From: Acutalibacteraceae bacterium
Lineage (GTDB): Bacteria; Bacillota; Clostridia; Oscillospirales; Acutalibacteraceae
NCBI GenBank assembly: GCA_045605525.1
Contig: JAZUQC010000058.1
Coordinates: forward strand, 16,823-80,822
Direction: 5' to 3'
DNA: 64,000 nt
The notes under the pieces were generated by a model that searched no databases, had not been told where the DNA came from, and saw nothing but the letters and a program-made list of their open reading frames with translations. Shown in pieces: positions 35,431 through 46,681 of this stretch (its first letter is position 1; the number at the start of each line of letters is the position of its first letter). Position numbers and translations under genes: made by a program.

Positions 35431-35781
35431 ATGAATTTTTGTCCGAATTGCGGTGCTGCTTTGCAGCCGGGGGAAGCATTCTGTTCTTCCTGCGGCATGG
35501 CTGTGCAGCAGGCTCCTGTGAATCAATTCACACAACCCCCTGTTGAAAATAAAAAATCACCCGTTCCCGTTGTTCTGGGTGTGCTCGGCATTGTGTTTGC
35601 ATGGCTGTTTGCAATCATCGGGCATGTGCTGTCCATCGTCGGCATTGTGCTGGGTGTCAAAGAATACAAGGCAAACAAAAACATTGCCGCACTGGTGCTG
35701 CCCATTATCGGTGAGGTCTGTGCCGTTGTTTCTTCTGTTATCGGCATTATCTCCACATGGCAAATGATGGGAATTTTATAA
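35431..35781 (+). CDS. Zinc-ribbon protein with two C-terminal TM helices
   Basis: AAGGAGG RBS. The N-terminus is MNFCPNCGAALQPGEAFCSSCG (CxxC..CxxC), followed by hydrophobic segments. Confidence 0.7.
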   Translation: MNFCPNCGAALQPGEAFCSSCGMAVQQAPVNQFTQPPVENKKSPVPVVLGVLGIVFAWLFAIIGHVLSIVGIVLGVKEYKANKNIAALVLPIIGEVCAVVSSVIGIISTWQMMGIL

Positions 35782-35898
35782 AACAGAATGTAAAAAATCG
35801 TCTTCGACGAATCAACCCCCCGTCCCCCAATCTTGGGGGCGAAAAGGTGTTTTTGTTATATGCAAATTGCTCACAACGCGAGCAATTTCCTATATAAT

Positions 35899-35938
35899 AA
35901 AAAAAAGCGTTGCAGGGAGAGCCTTGCAACGCTTTTTA
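35899..35938. terminator. Bidirectional intrinsic terminator between convergent genes
   Basis: The stem GCGTTGCA...TGCAACGC (35907-35932) is flanked by an A-run and a T-run. Confidence 0.7.
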
Positions 35939-35944
35939 TTATCT

Positions 35945-36880
35945 TTAACCCAGAGAGTCTGCCGTGGTTGGTTCTTCCGTTGCGGGTTCAGAGGGAAGAT
36001 CGCGACTTTGCACATAAATATACTGCAACCAGTAATCTTCATAAAAATTTCCCGACAGGAACACACCGCCCGTGCCGAACAGATCCGCGTGTTGGGTAAC
36101 AAGTGGTTCGTTATACAAAAACTGCCATCCGTTATCGGCACACATGGCCTGCAGGGCGGCATTGTAAACAGCACGGTTTGCATATTTCGGGTCTGCATTC
36201 TGTGCATCATTCGTCACGGGAAAAATCGAACTGACAACGATTCTGATCCCCGGCAGCAGATACTGAATCTGCTGAATGATGCTCTTATAGCGGTCAATGA
36301 ATGCAGTCTGCATCTGCAACACATCCGCCTGTAATTCATACATACCGAAATGCAGAATCAATGTTTCGGGCTTGTTTGCCGCAATACTGACAAGTTGTTC
36401 ACTTAAAAAGTCAAGATTGGCATCCGTTCTGCCGATGCACTGCCGTTCGGGAAGCAGGTTATACATACGGATGGTAGCCGCCGTATAATCCCCGATCAGC
36501 AACGTGCCGTCAAATAGTTTTTCATACGTCAGTGTACCGTCTGCAATCCCTTTTTCCACATATTCGGCAAGGGATTTTTTATCCTGAAAACGATTGGCAA
36601 TTTTATCCTGCGACTGGTGCATGGTCAGTTCCATCTGTGCTTTTTCGGCTTCGGCCGCCATGGATGCCTGTTCATAAACCATCTGTTGAATGAGCCGTGA
36701 TGCTTCTGCCGCTTCGGGCGTCAGTGTCGTGCCCATTGCAGCGGTCGGCCGTTCGGTGACGATTTCCTCAGTCGGGGCTTCATAGGGTGTCAGGGTGACA
36801 AAAACACGGGTCGAAAGGATCGCCGTCAGCAATGTAACCGCCATCAATGCAACCATCAGCAACAAGGATCTTCTGTTCAT
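35945..36880 (-). CDS. Membrane-anchored SGNH/GDSL-like hydrolase (tentative)
   Basis: The ATG at 36880 has AAGGAGGGG 5 nt upstream, whereas the track start at 36886 is a GTG. There is an N-terminal TM helix. The domain assignment rests only on overall resemblance (..LILHFGMYEL.., ..VVSSIFPVTND..). Confidence 0.55.
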   Translation of the reverse strand: MNRRSLLLMVALMAVTLLTAILSTRVFVTLTPYEAPTEEIVTERPTAAMGTTLTPEAAEASRLIQQMVYEQASMAAEAEKAQMELTMHQSQDKIANRFQDKKSLAEYVEKGIADGTLTYEKLFDGTLLIGDYTAATIRMYNLLPERQCIGRTDANLDFLSEQLVSIAANKPETLILHFGMYELQADVLQMQTAFIDRYKSIIQQIQYLLPGIRIVVSSIFPVTNDAQNADPKYANRAVYNAALQAMCADNGWQFLYNEPLVTQHADLFGTGGVFLSGNFYEDYWLQYIYVQSRDLPSEPATEEPTTADSLG

Positions 36881-36945
36881 CTGCACCCCTCCTTCACTTC
36901 ATTTTCTTTATCATACTATAATTATTTGCTTAAATCAATCGGAAA

Positions 36946-37956
36946 TTACAAAAGTCCTGCATATCGCAATACACATACCGTTATAAATATAGTGAAGATC
37001 GACAGCAGACTTGACCAGACAACCAACTGTCCCGCCAGTTGCTCATCGTTGTTCATTTCTTTTGCCATGACCGCACTGGACACCGCAACGGGCGAACCGA
37101 ACAGGGCAACAAAAGCGGCATATTCCGCAACACCGAAATCAAAAACAGACGTATACTTTGACAACAGCACCGCAGCACCGAGAATCAGCACGGGAGCCGC
37201 AACCACGCGAAGTAAAGTTCCGCTGACGATCTGCCCGAACATTCCTTTGATGGCTTTGAACGAAAACTGACCGCCCAGCACAAGGAATGCAATGGGCGAA
37301 GCGATGCCCGCCACCTGTTTGAGAGCCGTATACAAAAACGGAAAAGCCGTCTGCAACATAAACACCTTTTCACCGTCGGCATTTTCGGGAATAAAAGAAC
37401 GGACGGCAAGCACTGCCAATCCGCAGAAAATGGCAATAATAAGCGGATTTTTGACAATCCCCTTGATGACCTTCTTCCAGTCAGGATGTCCGTTTGTGCT
37501 GAAAACACTAAGTGCTATAACGGCAAACACATTGAACTGTGCAATGGTAAATGCCGACAAAAGCGATATACACTGCAACCCCGCCGCACCGCCGAGGGTT
37601 TCTGCCAACTGATAACCGATGAGTGCAGAGTTGGAACGAAATGTCGCCTGCCAGACAACACCTTTCTGTTTGGAGTCTTTGACAAACAGAACCGCAAACA
37701 CAAGTCCGAGCAGAAACAGCACCGTCACCGCCGCCACACCGAACACAAGGGTTGAAACCTGAATGTCGGCAATGCTTTCTATGTTATAAATGTTATAAAA
37801 CAGCATGGCGGGCAGTGCCACCTTAAACATCAGGCGGTTGGCATCGGCAAAGAATTTTTCGCCGAGAAAGCCCGATTTGCGCAGAACAAAGCCAAGCAGA
37901 ATGACGGCCACGATGGGCAACACCGCATTGGCGGCGAACATAAAAATTGAGAGCAT
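36946..37956 (-). CDS. AEC-family (auxin efflux carrier-like) transporter
   Basis: The ATG at 37956 is preceded by a GGGAGG RBS and gives MLSIFMFAANAVLPIVAVILLGFVLRK, a typical AEC N-terminus. The track start at 38004 would run into the repeat array. Confidence 0.8.
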   Translation of the reverse strand: MLSIFMFAANAVLPIVAVILLGFVLRKSGFLGEKFFADANRLMFKVALPAMLFYNIYNIESIADIQVSTLVFGVAAVTVLFLLGLVFAVLFVKDSKQKGVVWQATFRSNSALIGYQLAETLGGAAGLQCISLLSAFTIAQFNVFAVIALSVFSTNGHPDWKKVIKGIVKNPLIIAIFCGLAVLAVRSFIPENADGEKVFMLQTAFPFLYTALKQVAGIASPIAFLVLGGQFSFKAIKGMFGQIVSGTLLRVVAAPVLILGAAVLLSKYTSVFDFGVAEYAAFVALFGSPVAVSSAVMAKEMNNDEQLAGQLVVWSSLLSIFTIFITVCVLRYAGLL

Positions 37957-37982
37957 AAGAAGCCTCCCATTTGCATAAGTTA

Positions 37983-38167
37983 ATATCGTTTGCACGAAGT
38001 GCAATATCGTTGATGCGAAGCATCATATCGTTTGCGACGAAGTCGCAATACCGTTTGACCGTCAGGTCAATATCGTTTTGTGCCGCAGGTGCAAACCTTT
38101 TGTTCTCGCTTCGCTCGAAACGATATTTGAAACTTCGTTTCAAAACGATGTTGTGTCCTGCGGACAC
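37983..38167. repeat. Array of ATATCGTT-plus-hairpin units: five direct, two inverted, plus a terminal hairpin
   Basis: Direct units begin at 37983, 38004, 38025, 38048 and 38070. Each is ATA(T/C)CGTT followed by a different short stem: TGCAC-GAA-GTGCA, GATGC-GAA-GCATC, TGCGAC-GAA-GTCGCA, TGACC-GTCA-GGTCA, TTGTGCC-GCA-GGTGCAA. Inverted units lie at 38104-38126 and 38127-38151, and the hairpin GTGTCC-TGC-GGACAC at 38153-38167. Confidence 0.85.
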
Positions 38168-38171
38168 AAAC

Positions 38172-38210
38172 ACAGAAATAAAAGCACTTCAGTTGAAGTG
38201 CTTTTATTTC
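38172..38210 (-). terminator. Intrinsic terminator after tRNA-His
   Basis: The stem AAAAGCACTTC/GAAGTGCTTTT (38180-38205) is followed on the minus strand by ATTTCT. Confidence 0.65.
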
Positions 38211-38288
38211 TGGGGTGGGTAGTCGGATTCGAACCGACGACCTCCAGGGCCACAACCTGGCACTCTAACCAACTGAGCTATACCCACC
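38211..38288 (-). tRNA. tRNA-His (anticodon GTG) with encoded G-1 and 3' CCA
   Basis: The reverse complement is GGTGGGTATAGCTCAGTTGGTTAGAGTGCCAGGTTGTGGCCCTGGAGGTCGTCGGTTCGAATCCGACTACCCACCCCA. It has the cloverleaf with GTTCGAATC T-loop and the anticodon loop TTGTGGC. An extra 5' G pairs with the discriminator C. Confidence 0.93.
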
Positions 38289-38322
38289 ATATTCAAAACA
38301 ACTGTCTTCAGACAGCATGAGA

Positions 38323-38351
38323 ATTATATATGAAAAGAGAGCACTTGTCAA
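38323..38351 (-). promoter_or_regulatory. Consensus SigA-type promoter for tRNA-His
   Basis: The minus strand reads TTGACA (38351-38346), a 17-nt spacer, then TATAAT (38328-38323), about 35 nt upstream of the tRNA 5' end. Confidence 0.7.
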
Positions 38352-38462
38352 GAGGATTTTTTTATTTTTGTCCGAAAAAGCTAAAAAAAGAAATCACAAA
38401 CGCTTTTTTGCCGACATCGCATTCTTTTCGGGGAAATAATTTTGAGTTTTTTACAAAAAGGT

Positions 38463-38522
38463 CTTGACTATTTATGAAAATGGTGTAAAATAGGTTTAGC
38501 ACTCAACAAACGAGAGTGCTAA
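38463..38522 (+). promoter_or_regulatory. groESL promoter plus CIRCE operator (HrcA site)
   Basis: TTGACT (38463-38468), a 17-nt spacer, then TAAAAT (38486-38491). This is followed by TTAGCACTC-N9-GAGTGCTAA at 38496-38522, a perfect CIRCE consensus. Confidence 0.9.
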
Positions 38523-40511
<1,989 letters not shown>

Positions 40512-40531
40512 TTCCTTCCCCTTCATATTTC

Positions 40532-40566
40532 AGAGCCGACCCGCAAGGATCGGCTCTGTTTTTATT
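40532..40566 (+). terminator. Intrinsic terminator after groEL
   Basis: The stem AGAGCCGA...TCGGCTCT (40532-40558) is followed by GTTTTTATTT. It overlaps the 3' end of the convergent rluA-like gene. Confidence 0.75.
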
Positions 40567-41434
40567 TATAAAATGTCATTTTGTCAACCACCGTCTGCAT
40601 ATCCTGTGGCAAGGGAGCTGAAAAGGACATGGGTTCCTTGGTGACGGGGTGGATGAAGGTGAGTTTTTCACAGTGCAAAGCAGCTCTGTCGGGCGGATTC
40701 ACCGTTGAACCGTACATGTCGTCTCCGATCAGCGGTGTGCCGAGCGAGGCAAAATGAACTCTGATCTGATGGGTTCTGCCTGTTTCAAGGCACACGCGAA
40801 GAAGCGAACAGCTCCCGTCTGTAGCAAGTGCTTTCCAATGGGTGACGGCATACTCCCCGTTTTCGCCGACGGCACGCAGGGTTTTCATCGGGTCGGGACG
40901 ATAAATGGGTTTGTCAATTGTACCCATTCCCGCATACACCCCGCCTGCGATGGCGAGATATTGCTTTTCATAATTACCCGATAAAGCGGCGGCGGCAAGT
41001 TGGTTCATGGCACACAGAACAAGACCCGATGTACATTTGTCGAGTCTGCCAACGGCACGAAAGACCGCATCGGGACGGTGTGCCGCAACGCAATTGGCAA
41101 GCGAATCATCCTGATGATTATGGGTCGGGTGCATGGCAAGACCGGCAGGTTTGTTAACAACCAGAATGTCAGCATCCTCATACACAATATCGAGTTGCAC
41201 AACGGGCACGGCGGATACGGTGCTGTTTTCTTCGGGCAGATTGACCGTCAGCACATCTCCTGTTTTCAGTTTGTCAATGGTGCGGATGTGCTCACCGTTG
41301 AGCAGGATTCCGTCCGGGCGGTATTTAAGAGAAATGGTAAGCCGTGAAGACAAGCCCGCTTCCCCACGCAGATAATGGATGACTTTTCTGCCGTTATAAG
41401 CTTCGGGAATCACAAAATCCAGTCTCCTTCCCAT
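40562..41434 (-). CDS. RluA-family pseudouridine synthase (RluD-like, with an S4-like N-terminus)
   Basis: VGRLDKCTSGLVLCA is the catalytic motif, and GRTHQIRVHF is the conserved C-terminal motif. Confidence 0.85.
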   Translation of the reverse strand: MGRRLDFVIPEAYNGRKVIHYLRGEAGLSSRLTISLKYRPDGILLNGEHIRTIDKLKTGDVLTVNLPEENSTVSAVPVVQLDIVYEDADILVVNKPAGLAMHPTHNHQDDSLANCVAAHRPDAVFRAVGRLDKCTSGLVLCAMNQLAAAALSGNYEKQYLAIAGGVYAGMGTIDKPIYRPDPMKTLRAVGENGEYAVTHWKALATDGSCSLLRVCLETGRTHQIRVHFASLGTPLIGDDMYGSTVNPPDRAALHCEKLTFIHPVTKEPMSFSAPLPQDMQTVVDKMTFYK

Positions 41435-41564
41435 TTTCGCACCGCCTTTCTTAATCTTTTCTTCATTTTGATATGGTATACTTTTTGCACTTTCAAGTCA
41501 AGTGCTTGACAAGTCGAAATATCTGTTTTAATATAGAATTAAGAACACAAAAGGAGGAATCTGT

Positions 41565-43178
41565 ATGGCTGAAAATAAAATTATGATCCCAAGAGCTTCG
41601 TGCCCCGAAGAAGTCGGCGTTTCCTCAAGGGAAATTGCCCGCTTTATGCAACATATCAAGGACGGCAATATCCGTTTTCATTCTTTTATGGTCATCCGCC
41701 ACGGCAAAGTCGCCGCAGAATGTTATTTTGCACCCTACAATGCCGACACACCGCATCAGATGTATTCCGTCAGCAAATCTGTCACATCTACCGCAATCGG
41801 TCTGTGCGTACAGGAAGGGCTTTTGTCGGTCGAAGACCGCATTGTTGATATTTTTCCCGATTACATCCCCGCAGATGCCGATGCTCGGCTTTATAAACTG
41901 CAGGTCAAACACCTGTTGAGCATGACTTCCGGTAAAAATGTGTCCTTCATGGAGGACAAAACGCAGAATGACTGGATTACATCTTTCCTGAAAGCACCGT
42001 GGTACAACGACCCGGGTGCGGAATTCCGTTATGTCAATGAAAATATCTATATGCTGTGTGCCATCGTGCACCGTGTGACGGGACAGACCGTTCGCGAATT
42101 CTTACAGCCCCGTCTGTTTGAGCCGCTGGGCATCGACACTCCGCAATGGGAAACCGATGCTTACAATGTGGAAGCAGGCGGCTGGGGTATTTTCTTAAAA
42201 ACAGAAGACCTTGCCAAACTGATGCTGATGTATCATCAGGGCGGTGTGTTCAACGGACAACGCATTCTCAACGAAGAATGGGTAAAAACCGCCACAAGCA
42301 AGGTCGTTGACAATTTCAACAACATAGGCAGCGACAGTTCCAACGGTTACGGTTATTGCTTCTGGCAGAATCCGTTTGCAAATTCCTACCGTGCCGACGG
42401 CATGTTCACACAGCAGGGCATTGTGTTCAGCGATTACGATGCACTGTTCATCTGTACGGCAGGCATCAGTTGCGAAGACAACGCGCGCGCTATGATCTGG
42501 CCGTATTTTCCGCGGGCATTTTTTGATGAAAAAGCACCGCATGCAGACACCTCGTTTGACGGACTTGAGGAATTACTGAAAAATGCTGTAATGGACACCC
42601 CGCTGCCTGCCTCGGAAAGTGCATGGGAACAGCGACTGGAAGGTACGGTCATCCGTCTTCGTAAAAATGTTTTGCTCAATCTTGTGGGCTTCCCCGTCAG
42701 TATGCTGCCAATGGCGGTTGTGTATATGGCTTGCGACAAAGCAGGCAATATTGACAACATTGAATTTTCGTTCCGTGAAAAGGAATGCAGTATGACATGG
42801 ACCGAGGGCGACGAAAAAAATACCGTCATCTGCGGAATGGACGGACATTACCGCTACGGCACCATGCGTCTGGGACAGCTCAATTATACCGTATGCTGCA
42901 GTGCTTACTGGAACAAAACCAACAACCTCATCGTGGATGTACGTCCCGTCAACACCATCGGCAAACGCAGACTTTCATTCACTTTCTCGCTGAATGACCG
43001 CGTGGTGATGAAGCCTTCAAGCGAACCGCCCGTTTCCGAAATCGCAGCAAACCTTGCCGAGGGTGTACCGGGCATGTTCAAGAACAAAGCATTGGTTTAC
43101 ATTGCACAGCAGGCACTGTACTTACTGCCTGCTATCGTGGAACCGAAGCACAGAGGAAAAATTATCCGCAAAAAATAA
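41565..43178 (+). CDS. Serine hydrolase of the beta-lactamase/transpeptidase-like family
   Basis: AAGGAGG RBS. YSVSKSVTSTAIGL contains the SxxK active-site motif. Length is 537 aa. Confidence 0.75.
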   Translation: MAENKIMIPRASCPEEVGVSSREIARFMQHIKDGNIRFHSFMVIRHGKVAAECYFAPYNADTPHQMYSVSKSVTSTAIGLCVQEGLLSVEDRIVDIFPDYIPADADARLYKLQVKHLLSMTSGKNVSFMEDKTQNDWITSFLKAPWYNDPGAEFRYVNENIYMLCAIVHRVTGQTVREFLQPRLFEPLGIDTPQWETDAYNVEAGGWGIFLKTEDLAKLMLMYHQGGVFNGQRILNEEWVKTATSKVVDNFNNIGSDSSNGYGYCFWQNPFANSYRADGMFTQQGIVFSDYDALFICTAGISCEDNARAMIWPYFPRAFFDEKAPHADTSFDGLEELLKNAVMDTPLPASESAWEQRLEGTVIRLRKNVLLNLVGFPVSMLPMAVVYMACDKAGNIDNIEFSFREKECSMTWTEGDEKNTVICGMDGHYRYGTMRLGQLNYTVCCSAYWNKTNNLIVDVRPVNTIGKRRLSFTFSLNDRVVMKPSSEPPVSEIAANLAEGVPGMFKNKALVYIAQQALYLLPAIVEPKHRGKIIRKK

Positions 43179-43182
43179 TCAC

Positions 43183-43216
43183 AAAAAAAGGAGCTGTGAA
43201 AACACAGCTCCTTTTG
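43183..43216. terminator. Bidirectional intrinsic terminator
   Basis: The stem GGAGCTGTG-AAAA-CACAGCTCC (43190-43211) is flanked by an A-run and a T-run, between convergent genes. Confidence 0.75.
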
Positions 43217-43219
43217 TCT

Positions 43220-44623
43220 TTATTCTTCCGCAAAAATCAAATCGTTTCCGCTTTCATCGGTCGGCTGTTCCGTAGGACGGGGCTCTGCCGCAACGGGCTC
43301 ATTGTCGCCGTAAACGAGATCTTTCCATGTTTCGGTATTACTTTCAAAATCATAGATCCGCTTAACGCTCATGCCGTACACATAGGTGTCGCTGTAAGTG
43401 CCGTCCATGGGCATGCAGTGCTGTTCAATATTGTATTCCTGCAACATTTTATAAGCAGAAAACAGCAGTGAAATACAGGTTTTGGAATCAATATCGGTAA
43501 CAATTCTGGGCATAAATTCTTTTACAAGGTCCAGCAATTCTGTCAGATCCATGCTCAACACGCGGTCTTTTGCTGCAAGCAGAACCTTGCGTTGGCGTTC
43601 GGTTCTGTGCACATCGGAGTCCATTTTGCGAATGCGGGCATAGTAGAGTGTCTGCACACCGTTGAAATGTGTCAGCTCGTTGGGTGTGTCGATGAGCAGG
43701 TCTTCACGGTCAAGAAGAACCATCAGTTCATTGATGTATTCCGTTTCATCCTCGGTCGGGGTCAGATACACACCACCGATGGCATCAATGATGTCCTTGA
43801 ACAGTGCAAAGTCAAGCATGGCATAGTTGTCAACATGAATGCCGAAGTTGGATTCAATGGTTTCCGCCAACAGCGACACACCGCCGTAAGGAAGTGCGGC
43901 ATTGATACGGTTGTAACCGTTATCGGGAATTTTGAGATAACTGTCCCGCAGGATAGAGGTCAGCACAATGGTATCGGTGTAATGGCTGACGGACACAAGA
44001 ATCATGGAATCCGAACGGGCTGTGCCCTCGGCAAGTGCTTCGTCTGCACCGATGAGAAGCACATTCCACACATTTTCGTCTGCCATGACAATGCTGTTTC
44101 CTGCAGCATTGGCTTCGAGCAATTCAATCAGGGTATCATATTCTTCATCAGCAAGCGACAATTCGGGATTTTCAATGATCATCGAAGGTTCTTCAATTTT
44201 CCCTTGCGTAGCATTCTCTGCCGAAGCCCCCGTCTGTTCTTCCATCGGAACAAACGAGAACTGACCAAAAAACGAGTGCAATGCAAAATATCCGCCGCCG
44301 ACAAGAACTGCCAGTACGATCACAACGGCAAGAAGCACCTTACCTGCTTTTCTCTTTTTCTTCGGTTTGAGCGGGTCAGCATAGATTGCAGCTTCACCTT
44401 GCTCCACCGTTGATTCCTGTTGTGTGTTCTGTTCTTCTTTGCCTGTTTCAACTTCCGTTACAGGTTCACTTTCCGCAGTCCGGTTGTCTGCAGGATCGTT
44501 TAGCACCTGTACATTTTCATTGGAATCATCATTCGGCTCGGTATGCTCTGCGGCATGTTCCGCATGACGCATTTTTTCCAGGAAAGAGTCAAACGAATCA
44601 TTATTATTTACAGAATCAGACAT
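43220..44623 (-). CDS. LCP (LytR-CpsA-Psr) family protein with a long acidic cytoplasmic N-terminus
   Basis: There is a TM helix (VLLAVVIVLAVLVGGGYFAL), and NVLLIGADE..ARSDSMILVSV is typical of the LCP domain. Confidence 0.82.
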   Translation of the reverse strand: MSDSVNNNDSFDSFLEKMRHAEHAAEHTEPNDDSNENVQVLNDPADNRTAESEPVTEVETGKEEQNTQQESTVEQGEAAIYADPLKPKKKRKAGKVLLAVVIVLAVLVGGGYFALHSFFGQFSFVPMEEQTGASAENATQGKIEEPSMIIENPELSLADEEYDTLIELLEANAAGNSIVMADENVWNVLLIGADEALAEGTARSDSMILVSVSHYTDTIVLTSILRDSYLKIPDNGYNRINAALPYGGVSLLAETIESNFGIHVDNYAMLDFALFKDIIDAIGGVYLTPTEDETEYINELMVLLDREDLLIDTPNELTHFNGVQTLYYARIRKMDSDVHRTERQRKVLLAAKDRVLSMDLTELLDLVKEFMPRIVTDIDSKTCISLLFSAYKMLQEYNIEQHCMPMDGTYSDTYVYGMSVKRIYDFESNTETWKDLVYGDNEPVAAEPRPTEQPTDESGNDLIFAEE

Positions 44624-44760
44624 TCAGATTCCCTTCTTTCTTTATTTCTGACTATATATAATAGTTAAAAAGTATAATCATGTCAAGCAAATTCAATTTT
44701 TGCATTTACAAATCTGCTTTTTTATTGTACAATAATTGTATCACAGCAGGAGGACTGAAT

Positions 44761-45516
44761 ATGGAATTTTGTGCACAAAAAGTAATGGAAGATGTTATAC
44801 AGTGGATTCGCAACTGGTTTGCCGCAAACGGTCCTGATTGCAATGCAGTGGTCGGCATTTCGGGCGGCAAGGACAGCTCCATCACTGCAGCACTGTGTGC
44901 CGCAGCACTGGGAAAAGACCGCGTCATCGGTGTATTGATGCCCAACGGTGAGCAATCCGACATTGCCGTGGCAAGGGATCTTGTTGCAACGCTGGGGATC
45001 AAAAACGTAGAAATCAATATCAAAACCGCTTATGATGCCCTTTGTGCCGAGATTGAAAACAAAATCGGATCCATGAGCCGGCAGGCCGTTGTTAATTTGC
45101 CGCCGCGTCTTCGTATGAGCACACTGTATGCCGTTTCGCAGACATTCAACGGCAGAGTGGCAAACACCTGCAACTTATCCGAAGATTGGGTCGGCTACTC
45201 TACCCGTTACGGCGATTCGGTGGGCGATTTCAGTCCGCTTTCCAACCTGACCGTAGCTGAGGTCAAGGAAATTGCACGTTGTGCGGGGCTTCCCGACCGA
45301 TTCATTGACAAAGTGCCGTCCGACGGACTTTGCGGCAAAACCGACGAAGACAATCTCGGTTTCACCTATGCCACACTTGACCGTTATATACGTACAGGTG
45401 TATGTGAAGACGAACAGATAAAACAAGCTATCGACCGCCGCCACAAAGCCAATCTTTTCAAACTGCGACTGATGGACAGTTTCCCTTATGACGGTCCCCG
45501 TAAAGCGGAAGATTGA
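44761..45516 (+). CDS. nadE: Ammonia-dependent NAD+ synthetase
   Basis: The ATG at 44761 is preceded by AGGAGG, whereas the track start at 44680 has no RBS. GISGGKDSS is the PP-loop motif. Length is ~250 aa. Confidence 0.85.
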   Translation: MEFCAQKVMEDVIQWIRNWFAANGPDCNAVVGISGGKDSSITAALCAAALGKDRVIGVLMPNGEQSDIAVARDLVATLGIKNVEINIKTAYDALCAEIENKIGSMSRQAVVNLPPRLRMSTLYAVSQTFNGRVANTCNLSEDWVGYSTRYGDSVGDFSPLSNLTVAEVKEIARCAGLPDRFIDKVPSDGLCGKTDEDNLGFTYATLDRYIRTGVCEDEQIKQAIDRRHKANLFKLRLMDSFPYDGPRKAED

Positions 45517-45562
45517 TTCATTTTACACAGTTAACTTAACCCTGTTTCCTTAAAAAAACAAA

Positions 45563-45602
45563 AAAAACAACGAGGAGTTGACATAAGCTCCTCGTTTTTT
45601 TG
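45563..45602. terminator. Bidirectional intrinsic terminator
   Basis: The stem CGAGGAG...CTCCTCG (45571-45594) is flanked by an A-run and a T-run. Confidence 0.75.
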
Positions 45603-45607
45603 TGTAT

Positions 45608-46570
45608 TTATCGAGCAACGATGAAGGTCATTCTTTCCTGTATGGTCAGGAATCCGTGGCCGGTATTGTAACCGCCGTGGTCGGAAGTGAGAATAATAAG
45701 CCAGTCTTCCGTTGCATAAGTCGCACGGCTTTCAATAGCATCAATGATCAATTTGCACTGTGCATCGTTTTCTCTGAAAGCGGCGGCATATTCGGGATTT
45801 TCAATGCAGAAGCCGGTGTCATGCCCGCAATGATCGGGATATTCAAAAATGGTGAAGATGAAATCGGAGCAATCTGCGTTTTGCACATCGGCAAGGGTGT
45901 TTGCAAATGTGCCGTTATCGTCATCCGCATCCAGGAATGTGACATTGAGATTCTTGTCGGCAATGTACTGTTTTTCATTGACATAAGTGGAATCGGCATC
46001 AACAAAATGGCCGTTCCATGATACATAAAATGCACTGTCATCAATACTCTTTTCTTCAACGAGTGAAGTAAGAAGACTCAAATGCTCGTTGGACTTGGGT
46101 ACACCGTTGCCCGTAACCCCCGTAACATCTGCCCATTGTCCTGTCAGGATTGCCGCCCAACCGGGGGCAGTAGAAGTGTCCTGTTTGTGGAATTTGGGAT
46201 AATTGACACCGCCGCAATAGCCGATCTGTGCCGTGCCGTTTGTGGAAAGCAAGTAACTGATGGCGGAATTTTCGGTGGAACCGTCAAGAAGGCTGAGTGC
46301 ATCGGCTCTGCCGCCGTCATAACCGAGGACAATAACTTTCTTTTCGGTTTTGCCGTCGGGCAGATCGGATTCAAAATGATTTTTGATCATGGTGTAAATA
46401 TCGGTCTGCGGAATTGCTGTTTCAAGAGTGTTGGAATAGCTTTCCACGGAATTGACATTTTCCTTGTACTTTTTCACGGTATCACCGAAATTGATTCCTG
46501 CGATCATGCCGTACAGCATCATAAAAAAGGTGATAACGGCAGCAATTGCAGATTGGAACATTGTGAACAT
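45608..46570 (-). CDS. Membrane-anchored alkaline-phosphatase-superfamily enzyme (ENPP / type I phosphodiesterase-like)
   Basis: GTGAGG RBS and an N-terminal TM helix. Metal-site-like motifs are LGYDGGRADA, PDHCGHDTG and LTSDHGGYNTGHG. Confidence 0.7.
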   Translation of the reverse strand: MFTMFQSAIAAVITFFMMLYGMIAGINFGDTVKKYKENVNSVESYSNTLETAIPQTDIYTMIKNHFESDLPDGKTEKKVIVLGYDGGRADALSLLDGSTENSAISYLLSTNGTAQIGYCGGVNYPKFHKQDTSTAPGWAAILTGQWADVTGVTGNGVPKSNEHLSLLTSLVEEKSIDDSAFYVSWNGHFVDADSTYVNEKQYIADKNLNVTFLDADDDNGTFANTLADVQNADCSDFIFTIFEYPDHCGHDTGFCIENPEYAAAFRENDAQCKLIIDAIESRATYATEDWLIILTSDHGGYNTGHGFLTIQERMTFIVAR

Positions 46571-46681
46571 GGCAAATACCTCACTTTATTCAATATAGTA
46601 TATCCATCATATCACTTTTTCAAGTCTTCTGCAAGAGAAAAAAAGAGGACAGTTTGCACTGTCCTCATCGTTTGCAATATG

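Noticed and set aside
37983-38095. A possible CRISPR array, because of the regular ~22-bp periodicity.
   Set aside because: The units are contiguous, with no unique spacers of CRISPR length. The conserved part is only 8 nt, and there are no cas genes or leader in the window.
44680-44760. An N-terminal extension of nadE from the track start at 44680.
   Set aside because: There is no RBS at that start, and the extension (MSSKFNFCIYKSAFLLYNNCITAGGLN) is not part of NadE proteins. The ATG at 44761 sits behind a perfect AGGAGG.
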